A stretch of DNA of 62,194 nucleotides, counting the filler, from Chiloscyllium plagiosum (taxonomy: Eukaryota), in NCBI RefSeq assembly GCF_004010195.1. It is 4 parts of one record of this genome, joined end to end, with 100 filler letters (N's around TTAATTAATTAA, not from the genome) between each part and the next. Parts side by side here need not be neighbours in the genome. Positions count along the whole stretch, not along the records: positions 1 to 15,819 come from NC_057714.1; positions 15,920 to 23,996 come from NC_057714.1; 2 more parts are not named here. One strand, written 5' to 3'. The first letter of the stretch is position 1, and each line of letters starts with the position of its first letter. The translations under genes were made by a program, and so were the position numbers. The notes below the pieces were generated by a model, which had not been told where the DNA came from, did no database searches, and worked only from the letters and a program-made list of their open reading frames with translations. Positions 12,510 through 24,095 of this stretch are shown here, piece after piece.

Positions 12510-15500
12510 ATCATATCAACAATTTGGATGAGAATATAGGATGCATGGTTGCTAGTTTGCCAATGAAACCATAATTGGTGATCGAGTGGACAGTGAAGAA
12601 GTTTATCTAAGAGTACAACAGCATCTTGATCAGATGGGCCAATAGGCCGAGGAATAGCGGATGGAGTATAATTTAGATAAATGTGAGTTGATACATTTTG
12701 GTAAGACCAACCAGGGCAGGATTTATACAATTAATGGTAGGGCCGTGTGGAATGCAGTTAAACAGAGAGAAGTAGGGGTAGACAGGGTGGTGAAGAAGAC
12801 ATTTAGCACACTTTGCCTTTATTGGTTAGAGCATTGAGGAGAAGAATTCAGACATCATGTTGCAGCTGTACAAGACATTGGGAAGGCTACTTTTGGAGTA
12901 CTCCATACAATTCTGGCCACCCTGCTATCGGCATGATGTTATTAAAAGGGAAGGGTTCAGAAAAGATTTAGGTTCATAAGATATAGGAACAAAATTAGGC
13001 CATTCAGCCCATCGAGTCTGCTGTTCCATTCAATTGTGGCTGGTATACCCCATACCCCAATTTTTCTGCCTTCTCCCCATAATCCTGCAACCCATTACCA
13101 ATTAAAACTCTGTCTAACTCCCCCTTAAATGTACTCACTGTCCCAGTACCCACTGCCCTCTGGGGGAGCGAGTCCCCCAGATTCACAACCCTTTGGGAGA
13201 AGTCGCTTCTCCTCAACTCAGTGTTAAGTTTGCTCCCCTTTATCCTCTCGTCCCAGAATGCCCCAGTAGAGGAAGCATCTGCTCCACATCTACTTTATCC
13301 ACCTCTTTTATCGTATTGAATACCCTCACTCTTCTAAATACCAGAGAGTCTAGGCCTGAACTGTTCAATCTCTCTTCATGTGGCAAACCCCTCACTTCTG
13401 GGATCAACCTGGTGACCCTCCTCTGAACTGCCTCCAGTGCCACTACATCTTTCCTCAAATAAGGGACCAAAACAGTGCACAGTACTCCAGGTGCGGTCTC
13501 ACCAATGCCTTGTGCAGTTGCTACAATCCTTCCTTACATTTATATCCTACTCCTTCAGCTAGAAATGCCAACATTCCATTTGCTTCCTTTATTACCTGCT
13601 GTACCTGCACACCCGTTTTCTGTATCTCATGAATGAGTACACCCAGATCCCTCTGTACTGGAGCACCCCAAAGTCTCTCCCCATTTAGGTTATAGGTTGC
13701 CTTTTCATTTTTCCAACCAAAATGCATGAGCTCACACTTAACCACGTTGAACTCCATCGGCCACATTTTGACCCACTCTCCTAACTACCTATCTGCATTT
13801 GTAAGGTTCTTATTTCCTCAATGCAATTTACCGTCCCATTCTACCCTTTACAAGGATTTTACTGTGCCTGCAGGGTTTAAATTATATGCAGAGGCTGGAT
13901 AGGCAGGGACTATTATCCCTGAAGCATAGGAGACCGAGATGTTGACCTTATAGAGATTTATAAAATCATGAGAGGCATAGATAAGGTGAATAACCAGGGT
14001 CTTTTCCCCAGGATGGTGGAGTCGAAAACTAGCGATTGTAGGATTAAGGTGAGAGGGAAAAAATTTAAAAGATATATGAGGGGCAACTTTTTCATGCAGA
14101 GAACATATAATATCGAACAGTACAGGCCCTTCAGCCCTCGATGTTGTGCTGGCCTTTTATCCTACTCTAAGATCAGACTAACTGACATACCCTTCATTGT
14201 ACTATCATCCATGGGCCTATCCAAGAGTCACTTAAATGTCCCTAATGTCTCTGACTGTACTCCCACCGCTGGCAGTGCATTCCACACACCCACCACTCTG
14301 TGTAAAAAACCTACCCCTGACATCTCCCCTAAACCTTCCCTGAATCACCTTAAAATTATGTCCCCTCGTGATAGCCATTTCCACCCTTGGAAAAAGTCTC
14401 TGGCTATTCACTCTATCTATCATCAACTTGTATACCTCTGTCAAGTTGCCTCTTATCCTTCTTCGTTCCAATGAGAAAATTATTTCAGTAAGGCATTTGA
14501 TAAGGTTCCCCATGGTAGACTATTGCACAAAATATGGGATTGAGGGTGATTTAGTAGTTTGGATCAGTAATTGGCTAGCTGAAAGAAGACAGAGGGTGGT
14601 GATTGATGGGAAATGTTCATCCTGGAGCTCAGTTACCAGTGGTGTACCGCAAGGATCTGTTTTAGGGCCACTGCTGTTTGTCATTTTTAAAAATGACGTG
14701 GATGAGGGCGTAGAAGGATTGGTTAGCAAATTTGTGGATGACACTAAGGTCTCTGGAGTTGTGGACAGTGCTGAAGGATATTGCATATTACACAGGGACA
14801 TAGATAAGCTGCAGAGCTGGGCTGAGAAATGGCAAATGGAGTTTAATGCGGAAAAGTGTGAGGTGATTCACTTTGGAAGGAGCAACAGGAATAAAGCGTA
14901 CTGGGCTAATGGTAAGATTCTCAGTAGTATAACTGAGCAGAGAGATCTCAGTGTCCATGTACATAGATCCCTGCAAGTTGTCACCCAGGTTGATAGAATG
15001 TTAAGAAGGCATACAGTTTGTTAGTTTTTATTGGGAGAGGGATTGAGTTTCAGAGCCATGAGGTCATGGTGCAACTGTACAAAACTCTGCACTTGGAATA
15101 TTGTATACAGTTCTGGTCACTGCATTATAGGAAGGATATGGAAGCTTTGGAAAGGGTTCAGAGGAGATTTACTAGGATGTTGCCTGGTATGGAGGGAAGG
15201 TCTTATGAGAAAAGGCTGAGGGACTTGAGGCTGTTTTCATTAGAGAGAAGAAGGTTGAAAGGTGACTTAATTGAGATATACAAGATAATCAGAGGGTTAG
15301 ATAGGGTGGATGGGGAGAGCCTTTTTCCTCAGATAGTGTCAGCTAACACAAGAGGACATAGCATTAAATTGAGGGGTGATAGATACAGGAAAGATGTCAG
15401 AGCTGGTTTCTTAACTCAGAGAGTAGTAGGGGTGTGGAATGGACTGTCTGCAGCAGTAGTAGACTCACCAGCAGCTTTAAGGGTGTTTAAATGGTCATTG

Positions 15501-15819
15501 GATAAACATAGAACATAGAACATAGATCATAGAACAGTACAGCACAGAACAGGCCCTTCAGCCCACGATGTTGTGCCGACCACTGATCCTCATGTATGCA
15601 CCCTGAAATTTCTGTGACCATATGCATGTCCAGTAGTCTCTTAAATGTCCCCAATGACCCTGCCTCCACAACTGCTGCTGGCAACGCATTCCATGCTCTC
15701 ACAACTCTCTGTGTAAAGAACCCGCCTCTGACATCCCCTCTATACTTTCCTCCAACCAGCTTAAAACTATGACCCCTCGTGTTAGTCATTTCTGCCCTGG
15801 GAAATAGTCTCTGGCTATC
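12510..15819. mobile_element. Cluster of nested CR1-type LINE fragments in alternating orientation
   Basis: +12510-12970, -12972-13840, +13850-14100, -14100-14475, +14480-15510, -15507-15819; [38 protein letters not shown] motifs. Confidence 0.85.
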
Positions 15820-15919
15820 NNNNNNNNNNNNNNNNNNNNNNNNNNNNNNNNNNNNNNNNNNNNTTAATTAATTAANNNNNNNNNNNNNNNNNNNNNNNNN
15901 NNNNNNNNNNNNNNNNNNN

Positions 15920-16177
15920 CAGTGACACCCTGCCCCTCTGTCCAGTGACACCCTGCCCCTGTGTCCAGTGACATCCTGCCCCTCTGTCCAGTGACACCCT
16001 GCCCCTGTGTCCAGTGACACCCTGCCCCTGTGTCCAGTGACACCCTGCCCCTCTGTCCAGTGACACCCTGCCCCTGTGTCCAGTGACATCCTGCCCCTCT
16101 GTCCAGTGACTCCCTGCCCCTCTGTCCAGTGACACCCTGCCCCTGTGTCCAGTGACACCCTGCCCCTGTGTCCAGTG
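15920..16177 (+). repeat. 23-bp minisatellite (CAGTGACACCCTGCCCCTSTGTC), at least 11 copies, runs into a gap
   Basis: Tandem units with 23-nt period. Confidence 0.95.
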
Positions 16178-16217
16178 ATAATGCCAGTGCTGACTTGGTC
16201 CTTGTTTTTCTCTGCAG

Positions 16218-16388
16218 AAGAGGAACAAACGCATTGAGAGCAAGAAGCCACCAATCGCTGAGGTGGATGTTCATGTAGAGAGTGATACGTCATTGCAGGA
16301 ACCACAGAGTGAACGTTTACGAAGGAGCAAGAAAAGGAAGTCGAGGAAAGCAGTCAGCCTTGAGGATCCCTCTGCTCAACCACAGGAG
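16218..16388 (+). CDS. Candidate host gene, coding exon 3 (171 nt, basic/charged)
   Basis: Branch-like CTGAC plus acceptor CTTGTTTTTCTCTGCAG; phase-0 open frame KRNKRIESKKPPIAEVDVHVESDTSLQEPQSERLRRSKKRKSRKAVSLEDPSAQPQE; putative donor GAG|GTTATG. Confidence 0.45.
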
Positions 16389-16573
16389 GTTATGGTGTGT
16401 CTTGTTACTGTTTGTTATCACACTGTGTTCCAGTGAAAGGGAGCATTCTCTCATCACTGGGAGTTAGATCCTGGCTGTAATCTCTGAGAATGGGACTCTC
16501 CCATTATTGGACCTGGGTCTTTAAGTGCTATGAATGAATGTGTGATCGATGGGCACAGACACCCAGTGGGCAG

Positions 16574-16672
16574 TGATAGAGGGTTTTTGAAAGATTGATA
16601 GAGTGTAACAAGATGAATTTATTTGAGCTTGAACCATATATTTGTGGGAGAGGTCTCTAGATGTAGCTCGGA
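16574..16672 (-). repeat. ERV-B 3' LTR remnant (U5/R only, abuts env TM region)
   Basis: TGATAGAGGGTTTTTGAAAGATTGA...AATTTATT...TGTGGGAGAGGTCTC..TAGCTCGGA aligns by eye with 35956-36060. Confidence 0.7.
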
Positions 16673-16909
16673 AACTGATACACTGATAGATGAGATATAA
16701 CCTGAATCCATGGGTGTGTTTGCATGTGAAGGGTCCAATTCCATGTTTTATACTCCTAAGTCCTGGGTCTTGCAACATCTTATCAGCATTCTCGGTGTGA
16801 AGCTTAATTTCTTTGGGGTGTTCGCTTCATTGGTGAACTATTTCCTTAGCTTCCTTTAGAATTTGTGTCCAATCCACTGTCAGGTATGGAATTGACGTTA
16901 ATTTGGTGT

Positions 16910-17485
16910 CAAAACGTGGGATGTTGGAAAAACACAGCCATCAGGCAGCATCCGAGGAGCAAGAGAGTTGATGTTTCGAGCCTAAGCTCTTCATCAAGAA
17001 TGTGGAGGGAGGGGGTGTGCCGAAAGGGGCTGAGAGCTAAATAGGAGGGGGTGGGTTGTGGGGGAGATAATTGGGAATGTGATGGGTAGATGAAGGTGGG
17101 GGCTAATGGTGATAGATCGGAGTGGAGGGTGGAGTGGATAGGTGGGAAAGGTGATGGACAAGTAGGACAGGTCAAGAGGGCGGTGCCGAGTTGGAAGGTT
17201 GGATCTGGGATAAGGTCGGGGGGATGGAGATGAGGAAACTGGTGAAATCCACATTCATCCCGTGTGGTTGGAGGGTCTCAAGGTGGAAGATGAGGCGGTT
17301 GTCCTCCAGGTGTTGGGTGGTTAGGGTTTGGCGGTGGAGGAGGCCCAGGACTTGCATGTCCTTGGAGGAGTGTGAGGAAGAGTTAAGGTGTTTGGCTACA
17401 GAGCGTGGGGTCATTTTGTGTATGTATCCCCGAAATGTTCTCTGAAACGTTCTGCAAGTTGGTGTCCGGTCTCCCCAATGTAAAG
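16910..17485 (-). mobile_element. Penelope-like 3' fragment
   Basis: VAKHLNSSSHSSKDMQVLGLLH...LIFHLETLQPHGMNVDF. Confidence 0.8.
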
Positions 17486-18039
17486 GACACACACACACTA
17501 TGACAGTTCTTGATTCATCTGTCCTTGGGATCTTGAGGTTTTCCTTAATCACCAGTTTTATAAACAGCTGGAGTGAAGTTTGTTCATTGAGAGTAACTTG
17601 TGAAGTCCCATTGCTGATGGCTGTGTTGTGACCGTCCGGGGACATTGTTTCCAGCCCTTGCTATATTTTCTGCCCACAGTCATTACATAGGACATACAGA
17701 GTGAAAGGGTAATAATTGGTTAGACACGAGACCGCAAACAATTTAACAAAACATAGATCATAAGCCCTTGTCTGATACTTCTTCTGTACAGGCCAAATGA
17801 TCTCCCCCTTGGTGACACTTGGATAAATCTATTCCTCTTGTAGTATCATTCATAACAATTACATGAGTCAGTGTAACTCATTACGTGAGTTACTTAACAA
17901 CATCCATGTACTTCCATGATATTTGTCAATGTTGTGAACCTTCCTCAGAGGACAGACATTCTCATCACCATGTTGGGGAATGCGCAGGACTGCTCCAATG
18001 AAATATCTTCCTTTATGTTGTCATCACAGATACCGAGTA

Positions 18040-18395
18040 GGGGATGGCAAGGTGGCTCAGTGGTGAACACTGCTGCCTCACAGCGCCAGGAACCCAGTTT
18101 TGAATCCAGCCTCGGGAGACTATGTGGAGTTTACACATTCTCCTCGTGTCTGTGTGGGTTTCCTCTGGGTGCCCTGGTTTCCTCCCACTGTCCAAAGATG
18201 TGCAGGTTAGGTGAATTGGCAATGCTAAATTACCAAATTACCCATGGTGTTCAGGGATGTGTAGGTTAGGTGCATTAGTTGGGGTAAATGTAGAGCAGTC
18301 AGGTAGGGGAATGGATCAGGGTGGGTTACTCTTCGGAGGGTCGGTGTGGACTTGTTGAGCCAAAGGTTCTGTTTCCACACTGTAGGGATTCGGTG
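18040..18395 (+). mobile_element. HE1-type SINE (diverged)
   Basis: tRNA-like head and conserved core. Confidence 0.8.
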
Positions 18396-18927
18396 ATTAG
18401 TACCCGTTTGGATAATGGATAAACTCCTGAAGTGAGATAAGGGCATTCTTTCAACTGTCCGTTTTCTCAATTGTTCATCTGGAACCCAGTCAGGCACCTG
18501 ATGAGTGTCTAGTTGAAACAAGCTAATACTAATCATTCCTGAAGAAGGGCTCATGCCCGAAACATCGGTTCTCCTGCTCCTTGGATGCTGCCTGAGCTGC
18601 TGCGCTTTTCCAGCAACACATTTTCAGCTCTGATCTCCAGCATCTGCAGTCCTCACTTTCTCCTCTAATTCTAATCAAGGTTAATATTTAACTAGCATAA
18701 CTAGTGCATGTCCCAGTTTGTGCTTTTCCTTGGTGATGTTGGCTATGTGATCAGTAATCAGATTGGTTGTGTCCTGGAGGACTTTTAGAAGCTTAATAGA
18801 CTTTAGAGATATTGCAACGATTCCTGCCCTAACTGACTAGTCTTTGCTGGTCCCAGGAGCTCCTCAGTATCATTATTCACAGGTTCTTCTGTAGAGACTG
18901 TATCTAAGAGTCAAGATCCCTAATATT

Positions 18928-20039
18928 GTTGGGGATTTGGAGATGCCGGTGTTGGACTGGGGTGTACAAAGTTAAAAATCCCACAACACCAGGTTATAGT
19001 CCAACAGGTTTAATTGGAAGCACACTAGCTTTCGGAGCGACGCTCCTTCATCAGGTGGTAGTGGAGGGCTCAATCCTAACACAAAATTTATAGCAAAAAT
19101 TTGCAGTGTGATGTAACTGAAATTATACATTGAAAAATTGATTGTCTGTTAAGCCTTTCATCTGTTAGAATACAGTGATAGTTTCACTTCTTTCATGTGT
19201 AAATCACAAAACCTTTTTTTTAAAGTTGCATTCTCGGGTTAGCTGTTAACAATGGTGATAGCTAGACAATATGTTGAAGGTGTTGGCCCCCTGTGTTCTC
19301 TGTCTATGACCTGATGTTTAGATTGATTCTAATCTAAAAAGTAAGATAACAAGAGTTTTATATAAATTCATGCAGTTTTTGAGCTCAGAGTTCTACATGA
19401 ATGCATGCAGTTTTTGAGCAAAGTACAATGTAACTCTGCAAGTACAAATTCACCCCACAAAATATATGTGTGCATGTGGGTCTTTGTCTGTCTGTGTGTG
19501 TGTGTCTGTCTGGGTTGGGGGTTGAGTGTGAGAAAGTATGTGTGTGTGTGTCTGTCTGGGGTGGGGGTTGTGAGTGTGAGAAATTGTGTGTGTGTAGTGA
19601 GTGCGTTGTTGGCGACGCACTTGTCATTATCGCTGGGCTATTTATCCAGAGAAAGTGAGGACTGCAGATCAGAGCTGAAAATGTGTTGCTGGAAAAGCTG
19701 CTGCCTGACCTGCAGCGCTTTTCCAGCAAAACATTTTCAGTATTTATCCAGAGACCCAGCTAATGTTCTGGATATCCTGGGTTCAAATCCTGCTAAAGCA
19801 GATGGTGGAATTTGAATTAAATAAAAAGCTGGAATTAAGAATCTAATGATGACCATGAATCCATTGTCGATTGTCAGTAAATTCACTAATGTCCTTTAGA
19901 GAAGGAAATCTGCCATCCTTACCTGGTCTGACCGACATGTGACTCCAGACCCACAGCAATGTGGTTGACTCTCAACTGCCCTCTGGGCAGTTAGGGATGG
20001 GCAATTAAAACTGGCTTCATCCCGTGAATGAATAAAAAA
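18928..20039. mobile_element. Composite insertion in ERV-B env (Penelope-like pseudo-LTR family plus LINE/SINE 3' end)
   Basis: Flanked by TAATATT at 18921-18927 and 20040-20046; removing it rejoins env frame VDILNIRDLD. Confidence 0.65.
19023..19058 (-). ncRNA. Minimal hammerhead ribozyme motif in a Penelope-like repeat
   Basis: Minus strand CAC-CTGATGA-AGGAGCGTCGCTCC-GAA-AGCT-A-GTG: CUGANGA and GAAA core, stem II, palindromic stem III, CAC/GTG stem I. Confidence 0.7.
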
Positions 20040-21928
20040 TAATATTAAGGATATCAACTGTTGCATATTCGACACTGGATAATTCTGACAAGCCTCACTT
20101 TTTCCTTAAGTTGATCTCAGTCTAACTGTCTTTGGAGAAGGTAGGTAAACAATTGCTTGTTGGTGGGTGAGCACCATTCAGGTATTTGTATCTCAGGTTA
20201 ATGACTAAGTGTACATACCTGTTCCCTGAAACAGAAAGAACAAATTCCCCTGTTTCAGCTAATCTTGCTTCCTTGATATGCGTTGTGTTTGACTGCACTT
20301 GGGGCCCAAGGTGGGAGGATTGGTGTGGTGGGGTGCTGGAGTGGCTTTGATTTGATTTGATTTATTATTGTCACATGTACCAAGATACAGTGAAAAGTAT
20401 TGTTTTGCAGACAAACCATACCTTACTGAAGTACATCAGGGTAATAGAACAGAATGCAGAATATAGTGTTACAGAGACTGAGAAGGTGCAGAGAAAGATT
20501 AACTCTAATATAAAAGAGGTCTGTTCATAATTCTGAGTTAAAAATCACACAACACCAGGTTGTAGTCCAACAGGTTTATTTGGAAGCACTAGCTTTCAGA
20601 GCCCTGCTGCTACATCGGGTAACTAGTGGGACAGCATCATAGGACACAGAATTTAGAGTAAAAGATCATAGTGTTATACAACTGATGCAATATATTGAAC
20701 AAACGTTTTAGCTTTGTCCACCCCAGTCCAACACTGGCACCTCTACGTCATAATNNNNNNNNNNNNNNNNNNNNNNNNNNNNNNNNNNNNNNNNNNNNNN
20801 NNNNNNNNNNNNNNNNNNNNNNNNNNNNNNNNNNNNNNNNNNNNNNNNNNNNNNNNNNNNNNNNNNNNNNNNNNNNNNNNNNNNNNNNNNNNNNNNNNNN
20901 NNNNNNNNNNNNNNNNNNNNNNNNNNNNNNNNNNNNNNNNNNNNNNNNNNNNNNNNNNNNNNNNNNNNNNNNNNNNNNNNNNNNNNNNNNNNNNNNNNNN
21001 NNNNNNNNNNNNNNNNNNNNNNNNNNNNNNNNNNNNNNNNNNNNNNNNNNNNNNNNNNNNNNNNNNNNNNNNNNNNNNNNNNNNNNNNNNNNNNNNNNNN
21101 NNNNNNNNNNNNNNNNNNNNNNNNNNNNNNNNNNNNNNNNNNNNNNNNNNNNNNNNNNNNNNNNNNNNNNNNNNNNNNNNNNNNNNNNNNNNNNNNNNNN
21201 NNNNNNNNNNNNNNNNNNNNNNNNNNNNNNNNNNNNNNNNNNNNNNNNNNNNNNCTCCGTAATAGCCACAACATCGAAGTCCCAGGTTTTGCTGTGGACC
21301 AGCCTAGAATCCCTCTGATCAGGATGTCCTGAGTGAGGCTATGTAATTGCCTTTACTCAAGTGGTGTTCCCCAGGCATATTCAGCCTGGCAAGAGAATCC
21401 ACTTCCATTGGAAAACTCTGCAACTCATCTGCCCCACATACTGCAATGTATACTTAGTTGGGATGCATTGCCATTATTCCCGCTCACGTGGACTGTAGCT
21501 TTTGTCCCTGGTTTATGCTCGGTCTGGCATCCCTCAGTTTTGGTTAGATTTCCCAAGGGTGTCAAATTAGCTGTTGTCCCCCCTCAGGGATGTACAATGT
21601 TTTATCATGACAATCTTCCTCCAGTCCACTGTATTGTCATCCCCTGTCCCTGGGCACTAGTGAATCTCCCAAATCTCATTTTACATTGATAGGTTCCCAT
21701 TAACAATATCATGCACAACAATAACTAGCACTTCCATTATCCAGGTGCAATCAGCTGTCTTCTTATTCCACTGTCCTTCCCCTGGGGTGATGACGGTGGC
21801 CATGACTCTGTTGCTTTAGAAGAAACCTGCATGGTTTGCCAGGAGCATTGGTGACAATGTTTAAGTAAGTTTTCAGCCATGACCAATGTTTCCATTTAGG
21901 GGTCCCTTTAACAATTTCTAGAAAGCAT

Positions 21929-22276
21929 TGTTAGCGCGGATGAAATGATATCAGTCCGAGCCCAGAGTGCGGTTCAACAATCGGTAACGTTTATTACTGC
22001 AGTAACGCCGGCGGAGACCAACCGAGGTCCGAATCTCGGCTGCTCTCCTGTTCCCGCGCGCAGCTTCATATTATATGCTTTTAGTTGTCAGGATGTGTGG
22101 GATTTGAGGATGAATGGGATGATAGTTCCCCATCATCACTGGAGTAGGTGCGAATAGGCTGTTTCCTGCCATCCCAGGAGAGTTGCAGGGCACGCACAAT
22201 AGGGTGCTAATTGGTTTATGTAAAACGGGCCCGGGTATTATCTGCTTGTCTCTCTCTGTGAGAGCAGGGGCTAGCA
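21929..22276 (-). repeat. ERV-A 3' LTR (U3 start lost in gap 22277-22570)
   Basis: Ends ...CTAACA on minus; TATAATA 22069-22075; imperfect hairpin 22014-22047; AATAAA 21990-21995; 104/111 identical to 29499-29609. Confidence 0.9.
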
Positions 22277-22804
22277 NNNNNNNNNNNNNNNNNNNNNNNN
22301 NNNNNNNNNNNNNNNNNNNNNNNNNNNNNNNNNNNNNNNNNNNNNNNNNNNNNNNNNNNNNNNNNNNNNNNNNNNNNNNNNNNNNNNNNNNNNNNNNNNN
22401 NNNNNNNNNNNNNNNNNNNNNNNNNNNNNNNNNNNNNNNNNNNNNNNNNNNNNNNNNNNNNNNNNNNNNNNNNNNNNNNNNNNNNNNNNNNNNNNNNNNN
22501 NNNNNNNNNNNNNNNNNNNNNNNNNNNNNNNNNNNNNNNNNNNNNNNNNNNNNNNNNNNNNNNNNNNNNNTTTAAAGCTGCGACTGCTGTTTAAAACACA
22601 AAAATGAATTCTTATCATTTCCTGATGTAGGCATAGTCCCGTGGCAAATGCGGGGCGGCTCTGATGCCCGCTTGCAGTCCCCCCTTTTGGCAAGGGGTTG
22701 GACACGTCCACACCCCCGATGCCGATACTTTAAAAGTCGGCTCCTCGCATTCTGCTGGCCGTCATGCTGCAGTCATGGGGCCTTTGGATAGTCCCGGGAG
22801 AAGG

Positions 22805-23995
22805 TCACATTAACTCGAGCCCTGTGAGCTCCTGGTGCCTGATCGCCCGCCAGGAGTCTATGGCGTGGAGCATGGTCTTCCTGGCCTTTCGTTTCTTGTG
22901 CTGGCGACATGAGTGAAACGCCACCAGGAGCCAGGCCAGAGCCAGCAGTAATTGTATGCCTACAATGGTGTGCGAGATGATTCGGATCCAGGGATGGATG
23001 TTTACGTTCAGGCCCCAATCCCACACCCTCTGTGCCCAGCCCTGGGACTGCAGAGCTGTGTCTGTGTCCTCCTCTAGGTCCTTTACATGCGACTGCAACT
23101 GGTGATACAGTTTCACTGAGTGTCCTACCCGGGTCCTAAGCTCCCGTAAGACCTCGGCCAAATGTGGGATGGGGGCTTGTTCGGGCTCCTGATATTTCCT
23201 GAGGATGTCCCTGAATTTGTCGGTAGTTTGTATGGACTCGGGGTTCCGTCGTCGGACCTCTGAGATGTGAGCTTGCCCAATCGTGACTGGGCACCTGGGG
23301 GTGAAGCAGAACTCGTGCTGGGGAATCGGGCACTGCAGTCTGTTATACCAAAATGAGGTTTCAAGAGTGGAAACACAATACTGTCCCCTTCCACCATACC
23401 TCACCCTAGTGAAGTGGGGGCCCGTGGGTTCGATTTCAAGGGTGCAGCCCTGTGTCCGGTTGAACCCGCATTCCACTGTTTCACTCCTTTGTAAGGGGTG
23501 AGGGCAGATGGTAATCGCCCCTCGCTGCTTGCAGCCTGTAAGCGGCACCCCGTACATAGCGCCGTTTCGAGATATGGCTGTGTGGTGAGCTAATCGATAT
23601 TTGAGGGAAGTGTTTTCCCGTATGACTCCGATGTTCTCAATGTGAAACAGGGGAAATGGCCCAGACCCTGGGGTGACCACAGGGATCAGGAGGACAATCC
23701 CGACTCCTGTCGCCTCACTGACCTCACAGTCGGGTATCACTGGGTATACTCTGGTCATACCCTTCAGAGTCCGGCTGTTGAGCGGCCCGGAGCGGCCCGC
23801 GAGTGAGGCCAGTTTGGCGCTGTCGATCCAGTCAGGCACCTCCCCCCTTTGGACCTGGTCAAGATTATGCCGGATCTGGGCTACCATCCACAGACCATAC
23901 GCATGGAACAGCTGTCCCTCGTGGATATGGGCCGTGTTTCCCCTTTCCCGGTCTACAAGGCGGTTAATGGTGTTGGCGTGTGTCTCCAGGACTGC
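22805..23995 (-). CDS. env: ERV-A env, C-terminal ~395 aa, F-like class I fusion glycoprotein (N-terminus in gap)
   Basis: Frame open from gap edge to TGA; Cys-rich ectodomain, heptad LYHQLQSHVKDLEED, W-rich membrane-proximal segment, TM IISHTIVGIQLLLALAWLLVAF, basic tail RQHKKRKARK. Confidence 0.88.
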   Translation of the reverse strand, partial: AVLETHANTINRLVDRERGNTAHIHEGQLFHAYGLWMVAQIRHNLDQVQRGEVPDWIDSAKLASLAGRSGPLNSRTLKGMTRVYPVIPDCEVSEATGVGIVLLIPVVTPGSGPFPLFHIENIGVIRENTSLKYRLAHHTAISRNGAMYGVPLTGCKQRGAITICPHPLQRSETVECGFNRTQGCTLEIEPTGPHFTRVRYGGRGQYCVSTLETSFWYNRLQCPIPQHEFCFTPRCPVTIGQAHISEVRRRNPESIQTTDKFRDILRKYQEPEQAPIPHLAEVLRELRTRVGHSVKLYHQLQSHVKDLEEDTDTALQSQGWAQRVWDWGLNVNIHPWIRIISHTIVGIQLLLALAWLLVAFHSCRQHKKRKARKTMLHAIDSWRAIRHQELTGLELM

Positions 23996-24095
23996 ANNNN
24001 NNNNNNNNNNNNNNNNNNNNNNNNNNNNNNNNNNNNNNNNTTAATTAATTAANNNNNNNNNNNNNNNNNNNNNNNNNNNNNNNNNNNNNNNNNNN

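Larger units (their letters stand above)
16680..21740 (-). pseudogene. env: ERV-B env pseudogene (F-like fusion protein), fragmented
   Basis: Minus strand: hydrophobic LLLCMILLMG (~21690-21730); RKK*GLSELSSV (20095-20106); LNIRDLD..IQSLQKNL; LFQLDTHQVPDWV (~18480-18525); IGAVLRIP..CPLRKVHNI (~17925-18000); CHQGGDHLAC; WNWTLHMQTHPWIQVISH (~16690-16745). Confidence 0.8.

Noticed and set aside
15920..16177. Regular short repeats as a possible CRISPR array
   Set aside because: Head-to-tail units with no unique spacers, no cas genes, eukaryotic context.
897..22575. Long ORFs containing X runs
   Set aside because: Their length comes from translating through N gaps.
22571..22804. Accessory ORF or polypurine tract between env and 3' LTR
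   Set aside because: Only a short featureless frame running into a gap; the PPT/U3 boundary is hidden by Ns.
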